Below, piece after piece: positions 28,127-37,236 of a DNA stretch of 64,000 nucleotides (the first letter of the stretch is position 1; each line of letters opens with the position of its first letter). The position numbers were made by a program, and so were the translations under genes. The stretch comes from Waddliaceae bacterium (GTDB taxonomy: Bacteria; Chlamydiota; Chlamydiia; Chlamydiales; SLOH01), in contig JBBDJA010000010.1 of the NCBI GenBank assembly GCA_040880105.1, forward strand, positions 41,317 to 105,316. The letters run 5' to 3'. The notes under the pieces are model-generated. The model ran no database searches, was not told the origin of the DNA, and was given only the letters and a program-made list of their open reading frames with translations.

Positions 28127-28438
28127 TTAGAATCCAATACGGAACTGAACTCCCGAACCCCCACGTCTGTAATATCTACCATGACGAGGTCCATAGAAGT
28201 TATTATATCCGGGGCCCCAATAATCACCATATGTATAGGGGCGATAATAATAGCTGCGATTGTAAGGTCGATAGTAACCTCTTCTTACATAAGGACGCGA
28301 TCCAAATCCACCGCGTACATACACACGCTGGCTTATTTCTGTATCGGCTGATCCCTTAAGTACTTCTGCTCCAGTGGCAGGAACTGCTACCATCATCCCT
28401 AACGCGATTAATAGTCCACTTACTTTTGCTAGGTACAT
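28127..28438 (-). CDS. Secreted Gly/Tyr/Arg-rich low-complexity protein (103 aa)
   Basis: GGAGG lies 5 nt upstream of ATG 28438. Signal peptide is MYLAKVSGLLIALGMMVAVPATGA. The mature part reads ..RGGFGSRPYVRRGYYRPYNRSYYYRPYTYGDYWGPGYNNFYGPRHGRYYRRGGSGVQFRIGF. Confidence 0.7.
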   Translation of the reverse strand: MYLAKVSGLLIALGMMVAVPATGAEVLKGSADTEISQRVYVRGGFGSRPYVRRGYYRPYNRSYYYRPYTYGDYWGPGYNNFYGPRHGRYYRRGGSGVQFRIGF

Positions 28439-28691
28439 ATGCACCTCCATTTAATTTATTAAACGATAACGGAGGATTGCCCTCACTTGACCGCCTAAAA
28501 AGGCGAATAACAGATCATTTTCGTGATGTCTTTAAACCTAATCGGTTTAGCGTCACAAAACGTATCTGCATAAATCAAGATCATTGTGACAACCCTCCTA
28601 AACTCTCTTTACTTAACCTCCTTCTATACTTTTATTATCAAATAATAAATTTACAAAGTCAAATAAAAACTACAACATTTATTACATTTAT

Positions 28692-28913
28692 TTAATTAAC
28701 TCCCTTATTGTTAAAGGATTTAAATGTAGATTGATATATCTTTGTTTTATCAGACTTTGTGCGGTGAAATTTCAGGGTGCAACTGATAATTTAGCGGGGG
28801 AGGAGAGCGCCGAGCACTAACGCAAATGTATTGGAACGTGTACTTTTACGAGAGGTAAACATAACTGATTGATAATTAGTTAGGTGTGCCTAGGGTCGAT
28901 CACCGTTAAGACG
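28692..28913 (-). repeat. Possible degenerate/expanded copy (E4) of the 147-bp repeat
   Basis: The left end tttaattaactcccttattgttaaagg resembles ctgattaactcagattgttaaattg. The interior ataactgattgataattagttaggtgtg resembles E1 cttaactgttggtagttaggtgagtg. The right end tcgatcaccgttaagacg resembles tcgacccgagttaatcag. It carries about 70 extra bp. Hand alignment only. Confidence 0.35.
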
Positions 28914-29031
28914 TTTAGGATTTAAAGAGCAGACTTTTTGGTAGTTTTTTACGCTTAAAATTCAATCTACAAAAAGTTCTTACTTGCATAAAATCCATGT
29001 CATTGCTACTATTTTTTTATCAATTGACCAT

Positions 29032-29103
29032 TGGGGTGTCGCCAAGCGGTAAGGCAGCGGTTTTTGGTACCGCCATGCGGAGGTTCGAATCCTTCCACCC
29101 CAA
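29032..29103 (+). tRNA. tRNA-Gln (anticodon UUG)
   Basis: Acceptor TGGGGTG/CACCCCA, D-arm GCCAAGCGGTAAGGC, anticodon stem GCGGT/ACCGC with loop TTTTGGT (anticodon TTG), T-arm GGAGGTTCGAATCCTTC. Close to E. coli tRNA-Gln. CCA is not encoded. Confidence 0.93.
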
Positions 29104-29123
29104 ATTGACCAAGGGATAAATGC

Positions 29124-30110
29124 ATGCCCAAAGCGGGAAATAATTTCCTACTATTCTCAGGTTCTTCACATCGAGAATTAGCGATAGAAGTAGCTGAGAA
29201 TTTAGGCGTGGCTCTTGGAAAGGTTGCATTTGAACGGTTTCCGGATGGGGAGATTGCTCTTCAAATCCAGGAAAATGTCCGCGGTCGGGATGTATTTGTA
29301 ATGCAAAGCATTGCTCTTGACCCTAACAACTTCTTAATGGAGCTGTTAATCATGGTCGATTCGTTCAAACGAGCATCCGCAAAAAGTATTACTGCTGTGA
29401 TTCCCTATTTTGGGTATAGCCGGCAGGATCGAAAGGACAAACCTCGAGTCCCAATTACAGCAAAATTAGTCGCTAATTTGCTTGAAACAGCGGGAGTTAC
29501 TCGAGTTGTCACAATGGATTTGCACACTGAGCAACTCCAAGGCTTTTTTGATATCCCTGTGGAAAATTTGTATGCTAGACCCGCTTTGGTTGAAGCATTT
29601 CAACAAATTGTCCCGGGAAAATGTGTAGTAGTGGCCCCCGATATTGGGAGCGTCAAATTGGCACGTACATTTGCAAGTCAACTTAATGTGGATTTTGCAG
29701 TTGTAGACAAGCATCGTAAAGATGCAAGTCACGTGGAGGTTGTCGCTTTAATCGGGGATGTGGAAGAAAAGGATGTACTTCTCGCTGATGACATGTGTTC
29801 TACATCAGGAACATTAGTGTCTGCAGCAAAAATTTGCCAAGAGAAGGGCGCAAGTAGGATCTTTGCTGCTGTCTCGCATGGAGTTCTTGTAGGAGAATCC
29901 ATGAAGAGATTAGAAGCAAGTCCGATTGAAACGTTGTTAATTAGTAACAGCATCCCGTTCTCGGATCGATTATCCGGGACGACCAAAATCCAAATTGTTT
30001 CAATTGCCCCTCTTATTAGTAAAGCGATAAATTGTATTTTATCGCGAGAATCCATCTCTTCATTCTACCGTATCGACAGCTCCGGAAAAGAGCCAACGAT
30101 TAGTCATTAA
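29124..30110 (+). CDS. prs: Ribose-phosphate pyrophosphokinase
   Basis: ..LLFSGSSHRELAIEVAENLG..FPDGE.., ..AVIPYFGYSRQDRK.., ..LLADDMCSTSGTL... Starts 20 nt after tRNA-Gln. Confidence 0.95.
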   Translation: MPKAGNNFLLFSGSSHRELAIEVAENLGVALGKVAFERFPDGEIALQIQENVRGRDVFVMQSIALDPNNFLMELLIMVDSFKRASAKSITAVIPYFGYSRQDRKDKPRVPITAKLVANLLETAGVTRVVTMDLHTEQLQGFFDIPVENLYARPALVEAFQQIVPGKCVVVAPDIGSVKLARTFASQLNVDFAVVDKHRKDASHVEVVALIGDVEEKDVLLADDMCSTSGTLVSAAKICQEKGASRIFAAVSHGVLVGESMKRLEASPIETLLISNSIPFSDRLSGTTKIQIVSIAPLISKAINCILSRESISSFYRIDSSGKEPTISH

Positions 30111-30227
30111 AAAATTTAGTCCTGATACTCGAGTTTAATCTGTAAATCATAATTTACCTATTAATCCGGTGTTTAAGACAAGTAGCCTTTTTATAGTTAA
30201 AATGTATCCATCTTATTGGAGGAGTAA

Positions 30228-30791
30228 ATGTTTAAATTACAAACGAAAGCGCGCAAGGCTGAAACAAAAGGCGAGACAAATCAACTTCGCAGAGAAGGCT
30301 GTATTCCTGCAGTGATTTATGCGCACGGAACAAGCGGCAAGTCTGTATCGATATCCGGTGTGGAATTTGATGCTTGCATGCGAAATGTTCGAAAAGGGCA
30401 TTTGTCAACAACAAGGTTTAACCTTGTGGATGAGAACGGTGAAAAAGCGGAAGCGGTTATTAAAGAGATACAATATAACCCAACGAACTATCAACCGATT
30501 CATATTGACTTTGAAGAACTCGTTCAGGACGTTCCTGTCAATATCAAAGTTCCGATTGAGTGCGTAGGTGTCGCCGATTGTGTCGGAATTAAATTGGGCG
30601 GAGTATTACGACAAGTGATTCGTAGCTTAAAAGTGAGATGCCTTCCAAAAGACATCCCTTCAGAGTTTAAAATTGATGTACGCAAGCTGCAAATCAAAGA
30701 GAAGAGACGTTTAAGTGACCTTAAGATTCCTGAAACAGTAAGGCCGCTTGCAAAACTTCAAGAAGTTGCCGTGGTGATTGCGAAAAGATAA
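30228..30791 (+). CDS. rplY: 50S ribosomal protein L25 / general stress protein Ctc
   Basis: GGAGG lies upstream. ..LRREGCIPAVIYAHG.. and the two-domain Ctc length (187 aa). Precedes pth as in Chlamydia. Confidence 0.9.
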   Translation: MFKLQTKARKAETKGETNQLRREGCIPAVIYAHGTSGKSVSISGVEFDACMRNVRKGHLSTTRFNLVDENGEKAEAVIKEIQYNPTNYQPIHIDFEELVQDVPVNIKVPIECVGVADCVGIKLGGVLRQVIRSLKVRCLPKDIPSEFKIDVRKLQIKEKRRLSDLKIPETVRPLAKLQEVAVVIAKR

Positions 30792-31393
30792 TGCAACAAG
30801 TCGTTTTTGCAGGCCTAGGGAATCCGGGCAAAGAATATGAAAGAACGCGCCACAATCTAGGATATCTTGTCGTTCAAGAGTTTGCCAAACGGCATGGCTT
30901 GAACTTCAAGGAAGACAAACGATGCAGCGCGTACTTTTCAAAGGGTAATGTAGAGGGTGTGATTGTACATCTCTTACTTCCCGCGACTTATATGAATAAT
31001 AGCGGTATTGCCTTAAGAAAATACTGTGATTATTTAAAACTTAAGCCTTCTGACTTTGTTGTCGTAGTCGATGATATTGCGCTTCCCTTTGCGACAATGC
31101 GTCTAAGACAGAGAGGGACTCACGGAGGGCATAACGGGTTAAGGAGTATTCAGCTCCATTTTGGCACCCAGGAATATGCAAGATTGCGTATGGGAGTGGG
31201 TCGAGGACGGCAAGAGAAACCGTTGGCCAAACATGTGTTGGATCGGTTTACTAAAGATGAGGCAGATATATTAGATGAGTTTGTGCAAAAAGGGACAGAT
31301 GTTTTGCAAACTCTTTTGAAAGAGCCCATCGAACAAGTGATGAACAAAATAAATTTAAAGGTACAAAATGACAGAGAAGAAGAATCTGTATGA
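30791..31393 (+). CDS. pth: Peptidyl-tRNA hydrolase
   Basis: ..GLGNPGKEYERTRHNLGY.. and ..GTHGGHNGLRSI... Confidence 0.95.
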   Translation: MQQVVFAGLGNPGKEYERTRHNLGYLVVQEFAKRHGLNFKEDKRCSAYFSKGNVEGVIVHLLLPATYMNNSGIALRKYCDYLKLKPSDFVVVVDDIALPFATMRLRQRGTHGGHNGLRSIQLHFGTQEYARLRMGVGRGRQEKPLAKHVLDRFTKDEADILDEFVQKGTDVLQTLLKEPIEQVMNKINLKVQNDREEESV

Positions 31394-31706
31394 GGGAATG
31401 TTTATCATATCCCCCACGCTGAGCGAGGAGGCGACTAAGTCGGCTTTTGATCGCATTCAAACAGCGATTACAGAACAGAAAGGAGAAATTAATAAACTAC
31501 ATGACATGAGAAAACGTAAGCTCGCTTATGAAATTCATGGCCATAAAGAAGGGCATTACTTTCTACTTTATTTCACAGCTCCAACACAAGCAATTGCAAA
31601 ATTGTGGAAAGAGTTCAATTTACATGAAGATTTGCTCCGATTTGTTACGCTTCAAGCGGATGAAGTGAGAGAAAATCTTGAATATAAACCTTTAGGCGAA
31701 GTGTAG
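31368..31706 (+). CDS. rpsF: 30S ribosomal protein S6
   Basis: ..LYEGMFIISPTLSEE.. and ..RKLAYEI..H.EGHYFLLYF.. 112 aa. Confidence 0.93.
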   Translation: MTEKKNLYEGMFIISPTLSEEATKSAFDRIQTAITEQKGEINKLHDMRKRKLAYEIHGHKEGHYFLLYFTAPTQAIAKLWKEFNLHEDLLRFVTLQADEVRENLEYKPLGEV

Positions 31707-31715
31707 GAGGAAAAC

Positions 31716-31967
31716 ATGTCGAGTCGTACGTACCGTCCAGGAGTCTCTGAGCGCAGACGCAAGAAAAAACAGTGTCCATTCACTGCTGCAGGCATCAAAG
31801 AGATCGATTATAAGGATGTAGAAACATTAGAACAGTTTATTACAGAACGGGGTAAAATTCTTCCTAGAAGAATTTCAGGAGTCTCCGCATATCACCAGAA
31901 AAAATTATCAAATGCGATCAAGCGTGCAAGATATATGGCATTGCTTCCTTTCGTCGCAGGAGCGTAG
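31716..31967 (+). CDS. rpsR: 30S ribosomal protein S18
   Basis: ..[60 protein letters not shown].. Confidence 0.95.
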   Translation: MSSRTYRPGVSERRRKKKQCPFTAAGIKEIDYKDVETLEQFITERGKILPRRISGVSAYHQKKLSNAIKRARYMALLPFVAGA

Positions 31968-31978
31968 GAGAGAAGATA

Positions 31979-32464
31979 ATGGCACATAAAATTTTATTAC
32001 TTGAAGATGTTCGTAAATTGGGAAGAAAAGGAGATGTAGTCTCTGTACGCCCTGGATTTGCGAGAAACTATTTGATTCCAAACGGTGTCGCTTTGCGCGC
32101 CGACAAACACACTCTTCGTTTAAAAGAGCGATTGGAAGAAGAAAGAAAGCAAAAAGCTGTAGAAGATCGTACAGAAGCTGAGGGATTTGCTTCTAAAATT
32201 GATGGCACTGTTGTTTCAGTCACAGTTAAAGTTGACCCTGCAGGCCATATGTATGGCTCTGTTTCAGCAACTGACGCTGCGAATCTCTTGTCAAAAGAGA
32301 CAGGTCTTGAAATTGATAAATCTTCAATTGATTTGAAGCATCCGATCAAAAAGCTTGGCGATCACTCTCTTTCAGTTCTTCTTAAAGAAGATGTTAAAGC
32401 ATCATTTACTGTTAAAGTGGTAGCTGAAGGCGCAAGTGAGATTGAAGAGGTGGAAGCTGAGTAA
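31979..32464 (+). CDS. rplI: 50S ribosomal protein L9
   Basis: MAHKILLLEDVRKLGRKGDVVSVRPGFARNYLIPNGVA.. Confidence 0.95.
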   Translation: MAHKILLLEDVRKLGRKGDVVSVRPGFARNYLIPNGVALRADKHTLRLKERLEEERKQKAVEDRTEAEGFASKIDGTVVSVTVKVDPAGHMYGSVSATDAANLLSKETGLEIDKSSIDLKHPIKKLGDHSLSVLLKEDVKASFTVKVVAEGASEIEEVEAE

Positions 32465-33293
32465 GAAGTCTGTTTCTTATTTTTCTCCCGCAAAAATCAA
32501 TCTATTTCTCAAAGTCGTCGGGAGATTTCCCGACGGCTATCATGAGATTGAAACTTTAATGCAGACAATCTCCCTTTTTGATGAAATTACATTTAGTATT
32601 TCAAAGAGTGACACTCTTCGTTGCGACTGCTCTCAAATTCCCACAAATCGCTCGAATCTGATATGGAAAGCTGTTGATGCTTTTAGAGAAGAGACTAAGG
32701 TTCATACACCACTTGATATCAATCTTAAAAAGCGTATCCCTCACGAAGCTGGGCTTGGAGGGGGGAGTGGAAATGCAGCCACTACCTTATGGGCTCTTAA
32801 TCAACTATTTAATACGGATCTCTCAGTAGAGTCGCTGAAATTAATAGGAGCGAAGATCGGATCCGATGTTCCTTTCTTCTTTTCATCCGGCCGCGCCTAT
32901 TGTAAAGGGCGAGGAGATCAGTTTGTGGATGTCCCCCTTTTTTCTAAAGACGAATTTTGGGTCGTCAAGCCGCCAATCTCAATTTCCACTCAGTCTATCT
33001 ATAATCAATTCAATATCCAAAATGACTTCTCCAAAGAGTGTACAGATGATGTCTTGGGTAGATTACAGGCTGGAAGTCATTGCTACTTTAATGATCTGGA
33101 AAAACCGGCGTTCCGCTTGCATCCAGCTCTTATGGAATTAAAAACTGAATTCTCGCGGGATTCTTTATCTGATACATGTATGACAGGATCGGGATCGGCA
33201 TTTTTTACTCATATTGAGCCGGAAATAACCGAGAGTCATCTAAAGTTTAAAGTGCAGTCAATTGTCCGAAATCAGTACCATTGGTATGTGTAA
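32436..33293 (+). CDS. ispE: 4-diphosphocytidyl-2-C-methyl-D-erythritol kinase
   Basis: ..SPAKINLFLKVVGR..DGYHEIETL.. and ..PHEAGLGGGSGNAATTL... There is no ATG; the start is GTG 32436 or TTG 32442, overlapping the rplI 3' end. Confidence 0.9.
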   Translation: MRLKRWKLSKKSVSYFSPAKINLFLKVVGRFPDGYHEIETLMQTISLFDEITFSISKSDTLRCDCSQIPTNRSNLIWKAVDAFREETKVHTPLDINLKKRIPHEAGLGGGSGNAATTLWALNQLFNTDLSVESLKLIGAKIGSDVPFFFSSGRAYCKGRGDQFVDVPLFSKDEFWVVKPPISISTQSIYNQFNIQNDFSKECTDDVLGRLQAGSHCYFNDLEKPAFRLHPALMELKTEFSRDSLSDTCMTGSGSAFFTHIEPEITESHLKFKVQSIVRNQYHWYV

Positions 33294-33304
33294 AGTTGAA
33301 CGTC

Positions 33305-34132
33305 CTAACCTGTCAAAATACCGGCCGAACGCAGCTCCATTCCAAATAGTCTACTGATTAGCTCTTGTTGTCTATAATTTAGTACATGTGGATAACCCGT
33401 ATGTATCCGTTCCCATGTGTTGATTACCTTTCTCAAGGCATCTTGTCTCACAATATAACTGTTTGCTTGAAGTTTCTCTTTCAAAGCCACATATTCAATG
33501 ATCATTTCACTATAGTTTCGTCGCGATTTCGGATGGATCTCTTTTGGCTTATTGGCCAGGTCTCCGGTCATTTGATTGTAAAGGGTAGAAAACCATGCAG
33601 AGTGCCCTGACATTTTCTGAAGGTTGAAATGTTCATCAAAACTATCGGGAATATTCCAGTGGGTGTTTTGCGGGAAAATACCTTTTGCAACACCTTTCTC
33701 AATAATGGATTTTGTGCCTAGAGCATTGATATATTCTATTCTTTCCATTGTCTCTATGTACTCAAGTCTAGAAAGCAAACCGGCCTGCGCAAGTTTGGAT
33801 ACTTCGCTCATTTGATTGGTTGTCTTCGCGTTATGCAGCTCAAAGACGATCGAAATGATGTTATCGCTTAAGGAGTTATGTGCATTTTTGTTGAGTTGAA
33901 TTGTTTTTAGGTCAGGGTTCCAAAGTGCTTGAAATTTCGTATGCTGTGGCTTTATCTCTACGCGTATTGTCCCGATTCGCTCTTCGACTTCAGAAAGAAT
34001 TTCATTGACCTCGTCCATTTGGTTGACCAAATGGATCGCTGTTTTGAGTTGCGGGGAATAGTTGGTAAATTCTGCAGAAATTAAAAAAGGGATAGTTACT
34101 AAAGAAACTATAAAAAAGTTTAGTATATTCAT
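33305..34132 (-). CDS. Secreted hypothetical protein (275 aa from ATG 34132)
   Basis: Signal/anchor is MNILNFFIVSLVTIPFLISA. No domain recognised. Convergent with ispE, with an 11-nt gap. Confidence 0.65.
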   Translation of the reverse strand: MNILNFFIVSLVTIPFLISAEFTNYSPQLKTAIHLVNQMDEVNEILSEVEERIGTIRVEIKPQHTKFQALWNPDLKTIQLNKNAHNSLSDNIISIVFELHNAKTTNQMSEVSKLAQAGLLSRLEYIETMERIEYINALGTKSIIEKGVAKGIFPQNTHWNIPDSFDEHFNLQKMSGHSAWFSTLYNQMTGDLANKPKEIHPKSRRNYSEMIIEYVALKEKLQANSYIVRQDALRKVINTWERIHTGYPHVLNYRQQELISRLFGMELRSAGILTG

Positions 34133-34285
34133 GTTTTTTGTTATTTTAAATTTTAAAAAGTAAATTATATAAGATTTAGTAATAAAAATCAATTGTTTGA
34201 AGTTATTTAAAATACCTAAAGCTCTCTCTTACAGAAAAGAGGTTCTCGTGTTATGATGATCCACTCTGAACCAGGGGATAAAGGA

Positions 34286-35254
34286 ATGAAGAGAATAGTT
34301 GTGACCGGGGGCGCGGGATTTATAGGATCCGGAGTTGTCAAACATCTCAATAATCTAGGATATTCAAACCTGATCATTGTTGATGATTTAGGAAATGGTC
34401 AAAAGTGGAAGAATTTAGTAGGTAAATCTTTTGAGACGATTGTCCCAATTCATTCATTTTTTGATTGGGTGAAGGGTAGAGAAAGCGAGATTGATGCCTA
34501 TATCCATTTAGGTGCTTGCTCATCAACTACTGAAACTGACGCCGACTTTCTCCTCGAAAATAATTACCGCTACAGCGTGCGACTTGCAGAGATTGCATTA
34601 CAGAATGACTCTAGATTTATTTACGCCTCCTCAGCTGCAACATACGGCGATGGATCAAGAGGGTTTTCTGATGACCATGACGGGTTAGAGCTGTTAAAAC
34701 CTTTAAACATGTACGGATATTCTAAGCAACTATTCGATTTATGGTTAAAACGGCAAGGCGCTCTAAACGATGTTGTGGGACTAAAGTATTTCAACGTATA
34801 TGGACCCAATGAGTGGCATAAAGATGAGATGGCTTCTGCTGTTTTGAAAATGTATCCTAGTATTGCATTGGGAAAGCCTGTTTCTCTTTTTCAATCTAAC
34901 GACAAGCAGTATGCAGATGGGGATCAATGCCGCGATTTTATTTATGTGAAAGATGCTGTTCGAATGACTTGTGAGTTCCTGCATAACACATGCGGCGGTA
35001 TTTATAACATAGGAACCGGAAACCCGACCACTTGGAATCAATTAATGACAGCAATCTTTCAAGCAGCAGAAAAGCCCGCCCAAATTACATATATTCCAAT
35101 GCCACAAAAGCTGTATAACCAGTATCAAAATTTCACATGCGCGACAGTAGATAAAACCAAAAAAGCGCTAGGAAATCAATCGGAGTGCCTTTCACTCACA
35201 CGCGCAATTGAAGATTACGTTGTCAATCATCTGAAAGAGGATCTTACATGGTAA
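34286..35254 (+). CDS. hldD: ADP-L-glycero-D-manno-heptose 6-epimerase
   Basis: MKRIVVTGGAGFIGSGVVKHLNNLGYSNLIIVDDL.. parallels E. coli RfaD. Has the YGYSK catalytic motif. An alternative start ATG 34253 would add 11 aa. Confidence 0.9.
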   Translation: MKRIVVTGGAGFIGSGVVKHLNNLGYSNLIIVDDLGNGQKWKNLVGKSFETIVPIHSFFDWVKGRESEIDAYIHLGACSSTTETDADFLLENNYRYSVRLAEIALQNDSRFIYASSAATYGDGSRGFSDDHDGLELLKPLNMYGYSKQLFDLWLKRQGALNDVVGLKYFNVYGPNEWHKDEMASAVLKMYPSIALGKPVSLFQSNDKQYADGDQCRDFIYVKDAVRMTCEFLHNTCGGIYNIGTGNPTTWNQLMTAIFQAAEKPAQITYIPMPQKLYNQYQNFTCATVDKTKKALGNQSECLSLTRAIEDYVVNHLKEDLTW

Positions 35255-36186
35255 ATTTTGAATCGAAACAAATTGCACTCATCGGCGATCTAATGCTAGA
35301 TGCTTATACTTTTGGAAATGTCGAGCGTATCTCGCCCGAAGCACCGGTTCCTATCCTTCATGTCACAAGCGAATCTAATCAACCCGGAGGGGTTGGAAAT
35401 GTGGCGCTAAACTTAGCAGCACTTGGGTCAAAAGTTCGATTGATGGGGCGCATCGGCCCGGACAGCAGTGGAGAGATTCTTATCAAGGAGCTTCAGGATT
35501 ATAAGATCTGTTGTAAGTCTGTGATTTCGCAGAGCGATTTCTTAACTCCTCGTAAAAATCGACTGATCGCCGGTAACCAGCAAATGGCACGCGTGGATCA
35601 CGAGGTGATTATGCCAATTAACCACGCATTAGAAAACGCTCTTATCCATTCTCTACCAAATTTTTTGTCAGGTGTCGGTGCAGTTGCCTTATCTGACTAT
35701 GGAAAAGGAGTACTGACTCCCAATCTCATTCAGGCGGTAATACACGCATCCAAGGTCCCTGTGATTGTAGATCCAAAAGGGACTGATTTTTCAATCTACC
35801 GCGGCGCATGTGTCATTAAGCCCAACCTTAAAGAGGCGTATGGTGCGAGCGGACTTACGCATTCGCACTCATTAGAGCAGGTTGCGGAAAAACTGTTAAC
35901 GATCACTCAATGCAAAGCACTTGTGATTACTCGATCGGAAAAGGGAATCTCTCTTTTTAGGCCGAATGCCGAAGCGAAGTTTTTTCCAGCTAAAAACAGA
36001 GAAGTTAAGGATGTAACCGGGGCCGGTGATACCGTACTTGCGACTATAAGTGTTGCTCTTGCCAATGGATTTTCTATAGAAGAGGCAATTGCTCTTGCAA
36101 ATATTGCCGCTGGAATTGCTGTTGAAGGGTTAGGTTGCCAGCATGTAACTTTAGATCAAATGAACGCGGTTTATAGTTCGAAGTGA
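35248..36186 (+). CDS. hldA: D-glycero-beta-D-manno-heptose-7-phosphate kinase (RfaE/HldE domain I only)
   Basis: ..LIGDLMLDAYTFGNVERISPEAPVPILHV.. and ..DVTGAGDTVLA.. (PfkB-type). 312 aa with no adenylyltransferase domain. Overlaps hldD by 7 nt. Confidence 0.88.
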   Translation: MVNFESKQIALIGDLMLDAYTFGNVERISPEAPVPILHVTSESNQPGGVGNVALNLAALGSKVRLMGRIGPDSSGEILIKELQDYKICCKSVISQSDFLTPRKNRLIAGNQQMARVDHEVIMPINHALENALIHSLPNFLSGVGAVALSDYGKGVLTPNLIQAVIHASKVPVIVDPKGTDFSIYRGACVIKPNLKEAYGASGLTHSHSLEQVAEKLLTITQCKALVITRSEKGISLFRPNAEAKFFPAKNREVKDVTGAGDTVLATISVALANGFSIEEAIALANIAAGIAVEGLGCQHVTLDQMNAVYSSK

Positions 36187-37214
36187 TTTAAGATAGGAAT
36201 TCCTATCTTATTCATAACAAAGTCAATTGCTTTCCAAGGACGCTGACGTTTTTTGGATAAATGACTTATAGAAAGCGCGTTGTATTCCATATGTTTTTCA
36301 GCTCGACGGAGACGTTTAAAGGATCCGGCGCCCGCGCTCATGTGAAGAAGACACGCTCTCTCTTCAGCTTCTAACATTAGTGCGATAGAAATGAGTCTGT
36401 AAAGCCCAAGTTCTTTCGGTTTAGTGGTGTCATATCCAAAAAACGGAGAGGTCATGACTCCGTTTTGACAAAAAAATCCACAAACAGCATCGATTTCACC
36501 CTCTTTTTCAAAAGCAATAAATTCAAGCAAAGAGGTTTGAAGTGCCATTTCAATAAACTTTGCATTGAACTGCGGGTTGATTTTGGCGTACTTCTCAATA
36601 TTTAGCATTCGATATAACTCGGCAATTCGAGGAGCATCCTCTTTCTTTAATGCCACGCGTCGATAGGATGTCTGTTTGAGTAGTTTCTGATCGCTCTGCA
36701 CCATTCTTGACTTGAACGCACGCGGTAGCTTCGGGTTGAATATATAGACCGGTCTTGAGGGGATGAGCCTTAAGGGGAGTGGCTCAAAAAAAGATGGCGT
36801 CGTCACTTGATTGATAGATTTAAAGACAATCGCATGATCAGGGTACTCCTTTTGTAGCGAGGAGATAAGTGTAAGGACTTGCTCTCTTGAGATATCAGGG
36901 TAGAGATTTGTTGAAAATAGCCAGTTATTGACCATGACGACTTTATTGATCTCATTGCGTTTGAGAAACTTTCCAGCTCCTTTCAGGATGATCGCTAAAG
37001 GACTTTTAAGCCAAGGAGGAGCTAAATGAGAAAGTTCTTCAATTCCGTATTCAATGTATTGGCCATAAGGTGAGCAAACGTAGGAGTTGTTAAACTCCGC
37101 CTTGTTGTTTGTTAGAGGCAAAGATAGGTTATCAACCTTAAGTACGCTCATATTCGTTATGATATTATCAAAAAAAGCGCTAGGCCCTTCTTTGATGTAA
37201 GCTGCAAAATTCAT
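36171..37214 (-). CDS. GNAT-fold acyl/aminoacyl-transferase, FemAB / Acetyltransf_6-like (347 aa)
   Basis: The C-terminal half ..LEFIAFEKEGEIDAVCGFFCQNGVMTSPFFGYD....GLYRLISIALMLEAEERACLLHMSAGAGSFKRLRRAE.. fits the G.G..FK..(R/G)A pattern of FemAB-like GNAT proteins. Assigned from memory of the family. Confidence 0.55.
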   Translation of the reverse strand: MNFAAYIKEGPSAFFDNIITNMSVLKVDNLSLPLTNNKAEFNNSYVCSPYGQYIEYGIEELSHLAPPWLKSPLAIILKGAGKFLKRNEINKVVMVNNWLFSTNLYPDISREQVLTLISSLQKEYPDHAIVFKSINQVTTPSFFEPLPLRLIPSRPVYIFNPKLPRAFKSRMVQSDQKLLKQTSYRRVALKKEDAPRIAELYRMLNIEKYAKINPQFNAKFIEMALQTSLLEFIAFEKEGEIDAVCGFFCQNGVMTSPFFGYDTTKPKELGLYRLISIALMLEAEERACLLHMSAGAGSFKRLRRAEKHMEYNALSISHLSKKRQRPWKAIDFVMNKIGIPILNHFEL

Positions 37215-37236
37215 TAGCTCCTGCCTGCTTGAAATA

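Noticed and set aside
28087-28695. Plus-strand ORFs 28087-28359 and 28426-28695
   Set aside because: The first is antisense to the Gly/Tyr/Arg-rich gene, which has a real SD and signal peptide. The second runs through AT-rich spacer and the degenerate repeat, with no SD.
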